Positions 55,789 to 64,000 of a stretch of DNA of 64,000 nucleotides are shown one piece after another (the first letter of the stretch is position 1; every line of letters begins with the position of its first letter). Location of the stretch: NCBI GenBank assembly GCA_951406725.2, contig OX597833.1:69626001-69690000 (forward strand), in the 5' to 3' direction. A program made the position numbers and the translations under genes. The notes beneath the pieces are model-generated. The model ran no database searches and had not been told where the DNA came from. It saw nothing but the letters and a program-made list of their open reading frames with translations. The stretch comes from Octopus vulgaris. Lineage: Eukaryota.

Positions 55789-56127
55789 CTCACAACATCA
55801 TAAACGGAAAGTGTAACCTCTCGAAAGAGCTGTTCTTCACTCCTGCTCCAGAGCGTCGGCTGCGGGTTCACTCCGAAAAGCTCTATCTGCGACGATTTCA
55901 TCTCAATCGAAGGAGAGGGGCTTTTTCCGTCCGGGTTGCGGATCCGTGGAATAAGCTGCCGGACGAGATAGTGAAGATACCAACGACAACTCGGTTCAAA
56001 GTCTCCCTTGACCAGAAATGGCCTGAACTCTTTGCATGAACACCCTCCCTGTACATAACTCTATGTCCCCCTACATGGCCTTGCTTTTTGCTTTTTGAGC
56101 CAAAAACGTAACTTAACTTAACTTAAC
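55789..56127 (+). mobile_element. CR1-clade LINE 3' end with (AACTT)n tail
   Basis: HNIING...LFFTPAPERRLRVHSEKL...RRGAFSVRVADPWNKLPDEIV...FKVSLD is the CR1/L2 RGH..KL...FS.RV...WN.LP...FK..LD C-terminus. Stop at 56039, short UTR, tail aacttaacttaacttaac. Confidence 0.9.
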
Positions 56128-56876
56128 CTGTGACCCGACTCCGTCCTTGCAGTCTTTCAACATTTATAAGAAGTCAGCTGCATTGGGTACACGCCATTAT
56201 ATCTAATCAGACAATGTAATAATGTATTCGAACCAGGAATCAATCGCTTGCCGAGCATCCACGATATCGAGGAATCTTTTGTCTGTCAAAATGATAAAGT
56301 ATACTAAACTGGCGAAACAATAATAGAAGCAGAACCGAAAAAATCATAAATATTGAAAAATATATGAATGTGCGAGAGTTCTTTGAGAATGAAAATTCTG
56401 CTTTAGGTTTTAGTGATGTCGGTTGATCGTATCGTGTTTTTCAAGAAATTTAAAAAATCCAGAATCTAAAGGAAAATTATTCCTGTCTTTATAAGCTGAA
56501 AGAAATCTGTGGTGAGTTCGTCGGTTCTTGTTATTCATCCATGCGTTTTCTGATAAGAGATTATTCTCCTTTGCTTTAAATTTTTCATCAAGGAATTTTG
56601 TGTAAAATAAGAATAAAAATCATTTGGTTTTCGTCTTATTCCTTTATCTTTCCAATATGCATCGTGTCTATAGTTCCAATTTTTCTTTTTGTGTGTAACA
56701 CTGAAGAGTAATACATCAGAGACGGTATGATAACATTTATAAACTGAAACACAATATTTTCCCCCTATCAAATTAGGAAATCGAATGGTAATACTTATCT
56801 AGTATAAGGATATACAAAAGCTGGATTTTCCTTTAAATAAAACATCACTGATCGACTCATGAGTATATCTACACAC

Positions 56877-56963
<87 letters not shown>

Positions 56964-57936
56964 CACTTATAAAGATATGTGTGTACACATTTACACATAC
57001 GTGTGTATGTATATCTATGTGTGTAGTGTAGAGAGAGAGAGAGAGACGAAGAAAGACTTATAGATGAACAGATTAGGAAGAAACATCAAAAGTTCAAGCA
57101 TGTATATTTAACAGATACAAGAAAAAGTTTAAAAGTGAATTCCAAGTTCACATTTCTTGCATGCATAAGAGTGAAAATGGTTAATAAGAATCTACAAACA
57201 TGCAATGAAGAATCTTTCGGTTTAGCGTTCAAATTGCTTTTCCTATTTAAACGTAAACACAAATATCAATATACATGGATACAAGCATACGTATATAACT
57301 GTATATTTACATGCACAGAGGGAGAGAGAGAGGATGAAAGAAGCTTGCTTTCCAAACACATGTTTCAGGGTCCAGTCACATTGCGGGACACCTCCGGGCA
57401 ACTGTCTTCTACCTCGGGCAGACCAAAGACTTGTGAGTGGATTTTCAAAAGTGCAACGATACTATTACCTATGAGTGGAGCATAGAGCTGAACGCTTTCT
57501 GGACTAGCCATATCTTTAAGTGATAACAGCGATGTTGCTTGGCTTCCTTAAGCACAGTTATGTTGAGTAGCTGTTCAGTTGAAATTTTTCTCGATAGTTC
57601 CGCGATTTGTGATAGCTGACTTCGGGTTCTTTCCTCGCTAACGTGTATGTAGCGTAATTTTGCCACGCATTCTTTATTCCACTGTTTCATTACCGCTACG
57701 AGTTTGTTTCTTTGCATTTATTCATGCCAAATAACCATTTTCTTTTATTCCTTAATGGCAAATTTTACAGGGGACAGTATTCATTATTCGGAAGAATCAA
57801 TAGTACTCTATGTCAACATATCTCTGTTCGACGCCATGTTTATACACACTCACAAACACACAAACACACCCATATATATATATGTGTGTGTATATATTAT
57901 GTATATACGTATGTATGTATGTTTATGTGTATATAC

Positions 57937-57989
<53 letters not shown>

Positions 57990-57992
57990 TAT

Positions 57993-58039
<47 letters not shown>

Positions 58040-58146
58040 TACATGTATATATATATATATATGTAAGTATGTATGTATGCATGTAAATATATGTGTATGT
58101 GTGTATCTGTGTATGTCATCTGCTTTCTTTCTCTCGCTTTATCAAT

Positions 58147-58235
<89 letters not shown>

Positions 58236-59107
58236 TTTTCTCTCACCATCGTAACCACATTGAAGCACAATTAAAGCCACCACGTCATAAACGTCAACAT
58301 TCCATTCGAATTACGTCACACTTTATCTGAGTCGATGTTTCCTGACTCATTTTGCAAAATGATTGTCACTTAGCGAACATCTCGTTGCAATCAGTCGTAC
58401 TTTTATGCCTGTATTGAGTTTCAGCTCTAGTCATTTCTTTAAGTTTTTGAACACCTTCATATAACGCACATGTATTTTGAAAGCATGGGTGGTGATGGGG
58501 TCGTGACACGCTATGTGGGACCCTATTTCCAAGAATTGCGATATCAACATTATGCTTTTTGTTTATTGATTCTATTCCTCTTTCTCTTCATATGTTATTT
58601 TATTTTTCGCCGATGTTTTCATTAAATTGGTGTAAATTCAGTATCTGCATAGGACGGGCCACTGTTAATATGAATAAAGCCTCTGTTACAATACCTTGTC
58701 TCTTTCTGTAACAGACATTTAGGATTTGAGGACGTCGCACCTCGATGGACTTACAACTTCGTTCGGACTCGATATGTTATGTACCAGCCAAGCTAGGCCT
58801 CAACTGCTATCGGACAGATCAACTATAACCTTCATCAGAACTTTTAAAATTTTCGTTCTATAAATATTCAGTAGCCTTTAATATATTATATAATTTTGGT
58901 TTATTTTGTAAATTGAGATGGAACCAGCGAGATCGCTATATGCTTACCAGAGATATCCAGTACTCGAAGTCAGTGTTGTATATTTGCAGCAGGTAACAAA
59001 CAATGCAAACGCTAAATAGTGACAAACGTGATGACGAAAACACAATATTGGTAAAAATCTAATGTTACGTTCACCTTTTCGAGAAATATGGCGAAGAAAC
59101 CCAGATG

Positions 59108-59300
59108 CACTTCACATCTATTCTGACCTCATCAGGAAATTGTATGCTTCATTCTTATTCGGATCTTATCAGGAAATTGTATGCTTCATTCTTATTCGGA
59201 TCTCATCAGGAAATTGTATGCTTCATTCTTATTCGGATCTCATCAGGAAATTGTATGTTTCATTCTTATTCGGATCTCATCAGGAAATTTTGTTTCACTC
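59108..59300. repeat. 37-bp minisatellite, ~5 copies
   Basis: atcaggaaatt recurs at 59131, 59168, 59205, 59242 and 59279. Unit ctcatcaggaaattgtatgcttcattcttattcggat. Confidence 0.95.
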
Positions 59301-59910
59301 TTCCCTATATTTGCCACAGTTGTGACGAAAGTTTCATTAATTAAAATTGACTTTATTATCTCTAGCCCCAACATCAAAAGAATCAACTACGTACGCTAGC
59401 TTTCTCATTACATCCGCTCGATTGAAATAGCGCCTCTTGTGAATCTTATTGAGTTGCATCGTTAAATATCTGGACTAAATGCTTTTATTCATCAATGAAG
59501 TCGCAAACCGTCAAAGAAACTTCAAGAGCGAAAGGAAACCAAATTACTGAGAACGAAATGAAATCACCTTTCACAGTTTATAAACTCTATGAAAATGCTT
59601 CGTAGCACCTGTTACTCTATCTATACATTCAGAATTAATAAGCAAAACACGGAATGGAATAAATAATTAGAGGCAATTGGACACAAAGAGAGAAAACAGT
59701 AGCAGGAATTCTAAAACAAAGAGGGGTGCATTGAGGCAGAGATATATACATTGTACCGTTTAAATGTCTTTATAATGTGAAATATGTTGTACTGTGAAAA
59801 CAGGTCGTTTTATAAAATGGGTTTCAATAACGTATATGGAGTTCGAAGATGTCTTATTGAACTGCTTGTTGGTACATGAACACCGCACACCTACACACGA
59901 ATACATATAT

Positions 59911-60100
59911 TCTTTTATTCTTCTACTTGTTTCAGGCTTTTGACTTGGACCATGTTGGAGCACCAACTTTTGGTTGATGAAATCGTTCCCTAGACCTCTT
60001 TGCAAGCCTGGTATTTGTTCTATCAGTATTTTATGCCGAACCGCTAAGTTGGGGGACGTAGAGACACAAGCGTCGGTTGTCAAGCGATATGAGGAGAGGG

Positions 60101-60142
<42 letters not shown>

Positions 60143-60202
60143 TTATATATATATGTATGTGTGTGTGTGTGTGTGTGTGTATTAATTTATGCTTATAAAA
60201 TT

Positions 60203-60268
<66 letters not shown>

Positions 60269-60497
60269 ATAACTATAACTATCAAAAATATTAAAAAGTT
60301 TAATATAAGAATAAAGAACATACATACATATACAACGGGCTTTTTTCAGATTCCGTCTAAAACATCCACTCATAACGCTTTGGTTAGCTCGTGGACGACA
60401 CATTGCCTAAGACGACAGCTGTCTAAGATGCCACGCAATGGGACTGAACGCGGAACCATGCGGTTGGCGAACAAGCTTCTTACAGCCACGCGTACGC
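59911..60497 (-). mobile_element. SINE family A, old copy with expanded internal microsatellite
   Basis: acttgtttcag...ggagcacc...gccgaaccgctaagt...cggttgtcaagc, then ~230 bp of simple repeats, then acgggc...ccgtct...gggactgaac. Confidence 0.8.
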
Positions 60498-60705
60498 TTC
60501 TATTTATAAATACACACGCGTGCACACACACACACATGTATATCAATTTGTCCAGATATTGTTTCCAAGCAATGGAACCTTTTTTCTTGCTCTGCGATAA
60601 CGTTAAAGTGTAGGGTAGGCTGAGGAACACTGATTGCCTTGCAGCGTATTTGTGTTGTGTTCCTCAATTGCGCAGAGAGAGAGACTAAGTACCAATGCGT
60701 GGTAA

Positions 60706-60766
60706 CCTTGTGAGTGGATGTGGTAGACGGAAACTGGAAGGAGCCCCTCATATATATATATACACA

Positions 60767-60798
<32 letters not shown>

Positions 60799-60823
60799 CA
60801 TGTGTGTGTGTGTGTGAGTGTGC

Positions 60824-60878
<55 letters not shown>

Positions 60879-61083
60879 TGTGTGGGTTTGTCGCCCTGCC
60901 GTCGCTTGACAACCGATGCTGGTGTGTTTATGTCCCCGCATTTTAGCGGTTCGGCAAAAGACCCCAATAAAATAAGTGCTAGGGTTACAACGAATAGGTC
61001 CTGGGCTCGTTTTTTTCCTCTAACACCTTCTAAGGGGATGCTCCGTCACGGCCGCTGTCAAATCATTGAAACAAGAATAAAGG
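60706..61083 (+). mobile_element. SINE family A, headless old copy
   Basis: ccttgtgagtggatgtggtagacggaaactg...cttgacaaccgatgctggtgtgtttatgtcccc...ttagcggttcggcaaaaga...tgaaacaag. Confidence 0.85.
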
Positions 61084-61084
61084 A

Positions 61085-61117
<33 letters not shown>

Positions 61118-61306
61118 CACACGCAAACATATATATGTATACATATGCATGTATATACGTATACATATATATATATACATATATATACATATACATTTAG
61201 ACATATATACATGCAAATATATATATATATATTTACATGTATCTATCTATCTATCTACATCTATCTATCTATCTATCTATCTATCTATGTATACATGTCT
61301 GTCTAT

Positions 61307-61599
61307 CTTTCAAACCATCCAACAGCGGCCATGCTGTGGCAGCACTTTCAGTGATTGTAGACAAGCGAATCACCTCCGGTAGTTATAATTTTCTCAAGAG
61401 TGCCACCAATGGTCAAGAGGTGGAGGGGCACAAAGAGACATACGCACAAAAATGCATGCGCGCGTCTTTAGTATATGTGTGTGTGTGTGTGTGTGTGTTT
61501 ATGACAAGATTCTTTTCAATCTCCGTGTCACAAATCCACTCGAAATGCTTTGTTCGGCCAGAGACAACTACAGATGGCACTTGTCCAAGGCGGCACGCA
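61307..61599 (-). mobile_element. SINE family A, very degenerate
   Basis: gcggccatgctgtggcagcac...caaatccactcgaaatgctttgttcggcc...cacttgtccaaggcggcacgcag. Confidence 0.65.
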
Positions 61600-61894
61600 G
61601 TTATATATAGACGTCCCTCTGTTAGAAGTGGGTGACTCAGCGACACGCCGTTTAATGAGGAAATCGCCTTCAACAATGGCGATAGGCTTCTAATGATATT
61701 TAATGAATAATTGATTTATAAAACCAATTATTTGTTGCAATGGATATAATGAATTAAATAAGGATTACCGTGTGTGTGTATGGGTGTGTATATATATAAG
61801 TGTGTGCATGGGTGTGTGTATGCATATCTGTATGAGCGTATGTATGTATGTGTGTGCGCGCGTGTGTTTGTGAATGTTCTTCGTTTGTACCTCC

Positions 61895-62360
61895 ACACAT
61901 TCGGGGTCGATAAATCAAGTACCAGTCGAACACTGGCGTCAAAATGTAATCGATTTATCCCTGAAATTTCTGACCTGGTGCCAAATTTTGAAAGCATTGA
62001 GTTTAACGTCCCGTATGTTTTGGACTCGATTTCTGTTGGCGATAACTTCGTCTACGGTCCTCCGTGCATTGATAATGTAAATACCGATCATGTACCGGAT
62101 TTGAAATAATCTAATTAACCACCAGTCCACAAAATCCTTCATATAAATATAAGACGGGGAAACTGGCGGAACATTAAACGCTTCGGACAAAATGCTTATT
62201 GTTCCTGTTATATTTTTCCGAATTCAAACACAGACGAGATCGCCTTAGCATTTCATCGTTTGCAGAAAGGTAAAATAATTGCAGGTGAAACATTGTGACT
62301 GATGCAATCGCTTAGACCCTCCCTCAAAATTACAGGACTTGAGCTTTTAGTAGAAAAAAA
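61895..62360 (+). mobile_element. Two degenerate SINE family B pieces (61895-61995; 62158-62360)
   Basis: ttcggggtcgataaatcaagtaccag...ctggtgccaaattttgaa, and aactggcggaacattaaacg...ccctcaaaattacaggacttg. Confidence 0.6.
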
Positions 62361-62971
62361 TTATGACTATGCAAGAATCTTAGTTTCTACATTTTTAGTC
62401 ATCGCTTATATTGTACGTCAGTCATTATTCAAGAACAATCAATCTATGGAAAATCTCGTTTATAATTCGACAGTTCAACAAAATGTTGTCTTTCTTTTTG
62501 TCTCGTCGTAATCGTTCGAGTGGAAATTTCGATATTGTCAATAAATATGTTGTTATTGTGTATGATTTGTATTTTAATTTGATATTGTTTCGGGGAAATC
62601 AATTTGTTTTGTTATGTATATCAAAGCTATATTGTACTGGATATAAAGTGTAATAGGTTACGTTATAACTGTATTACCTCGAAACATCGTTAGATATAAA
62701 ATAAAGAGTGTTTATATTCAATTAGAAGCATCTTCTTAATCGATCTGATATGATTTCTAAATAAATTAATATATTTTGTCGTCTAAAATAATTTCGTAAA
62801 GAACTAAGTTGGTATGATAAGTGCGGAAAATATCGAACGCCTGTTCGAATTTAAAGATGCGATGTATTCAATAATACAATGTATGATCTAATTAACGACC
62901 AAAATATTGTCAGAGTTACAAATATCAATATCTTTAGATATCTATCTATCTGCAGGGGTATACATACACAC

Positions 62972-63013
<42 letters not shown>

Positions 63014-63332
63014 TGGGCCGAAATATTGTCTCTTGCGATTTGTTACTGTATGCAAGTGTGAATGCGGGCATTGTAATGTATTTCCTCCCCTTTTGTACAA
63101 AGGTCTTCAATAAAATTTTGCATTTTACTCTTCAAAAAAAAAAAAAAAAATTCTTTTAATTATGTCATTATAAGGGGAAAAAAAATTTTTTTTTTTAATT
63201 TTCTAATATTCTTCAGACATATTGAGGCAAATATATGTATTTTTTAACATTTAAGCCTTCTGTCGTTTTTTCACTCTTTACTATTTTCTATATATTCACC
63301 CACATGCTTTTACAAACCAACTTTCTTATCTA

Positions 63333-63391
<59 letters not shown>

Positions 63392-64000
63392 TCAATAGCG
63401 AAATAGCAACAGTTATCGGAGTGCTATTGAAGTAGGAGTTATCGATCACATCTGCCCAATATATGTGTTTTCTTTATTCTCCGGATTTCGCTTCAGAACG
63501 ACCCCTCAAGCAAATAATTCTTAGCCTGTTTATGCATAGAAATAGCCTGGCGATTCTATTTCTCCCAGGTTCAATTCGTGTTTGTGATGTTGAAAAACCA
63601 CAAAAAATGCCAAGCTATCCATCACTACTGAATTGGATGCCGGGTTTGTTGTCTCGTCCCCTATGACCAGTGGGCGTCCTTAAGCGCTATGAAGCAATGA
63701 ACCCGGCCAACAGGCAAAACACATACACTGAATATGTGCAACCGATGATATGTATATATTTCAAAGAGTATAAAGATCTCCAATTGCTAAAATAAACAGC
63801 GTATTGACAGCGAGGAATCCTTTCTAGAGAGAGAGGGACTTTTAGATATAGAAAATAAACTCAGATTCTCCCATAAAAAGGAAAGCGTAGAAACAGAAAC
63901 AAGGGTGGTGGAAAATATAAAAAGAAATCTCCAAGCCTTCTACAAGATCGTGAAAACGTCTGCCTGAGTGCACTACAAGATAGGACCACCATTTGAAGAA

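Noticed and set aside
58790-58840. Minus-strand CUGAUGA...GAUA as a hammerhead
   Set aside because: No GAAA box and no supporting stems.
59108-59300. 37-bp repeats as a CRISPR array
   Set aside because: Units are directly adjacent with no unique spacers, there are no cas genes, and the context is eukaryotic.

Overview
AT-rich eukaryotic non-coding DNA dominated by microsatellites and transposable-element debris. The combination of tRNA-derived SINE families, very dense (TA)n/(CA)n/(GATA)n/(CATA)n arrays and RTE/CR1/R4 LINE remnants looks like an octopus (coleoid cephalopod) genome; this is recognition from memory, not a database result. I can support no intact host protein-coding gene, and nearly all ORFs in the supplied track are translations of microsatellites or SINEs. 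Supported content: about 30 SINE copies in at least six provisional families (A-G, my labels), several with clear target-site duplications; a degenerate Tc1/mariner transposase (rosa/DD41D-like); 3' ends or fragments of RTE, CR1 and R4/Dong LINEs; a decayed Ty3/Gypsy RT; a non-autonomous Helitron; a 320-bp MITE with an 8-bp TSD; decayed hAT pieces; and 19-bp and 37-bp minisatellites. Most interesting observations: (1) a complete type I hammerhead ribozyme fold on the minus strand at 2123-2173, plus a variant minimal hammerhead at 28532-28570, both next to (TA)n arrays as expected for Penelope-like elements; (2) SINE families that swap head, body and tail modules; (3) a SINE-B head-to-tail array with a precise, recurring junction; (4) elements nested in a (TAA)n array, consistent with R4/Dong microsatellite targeting; (5) repeated short inverted duplications and inverted SINE pairs that could form dsRNA.
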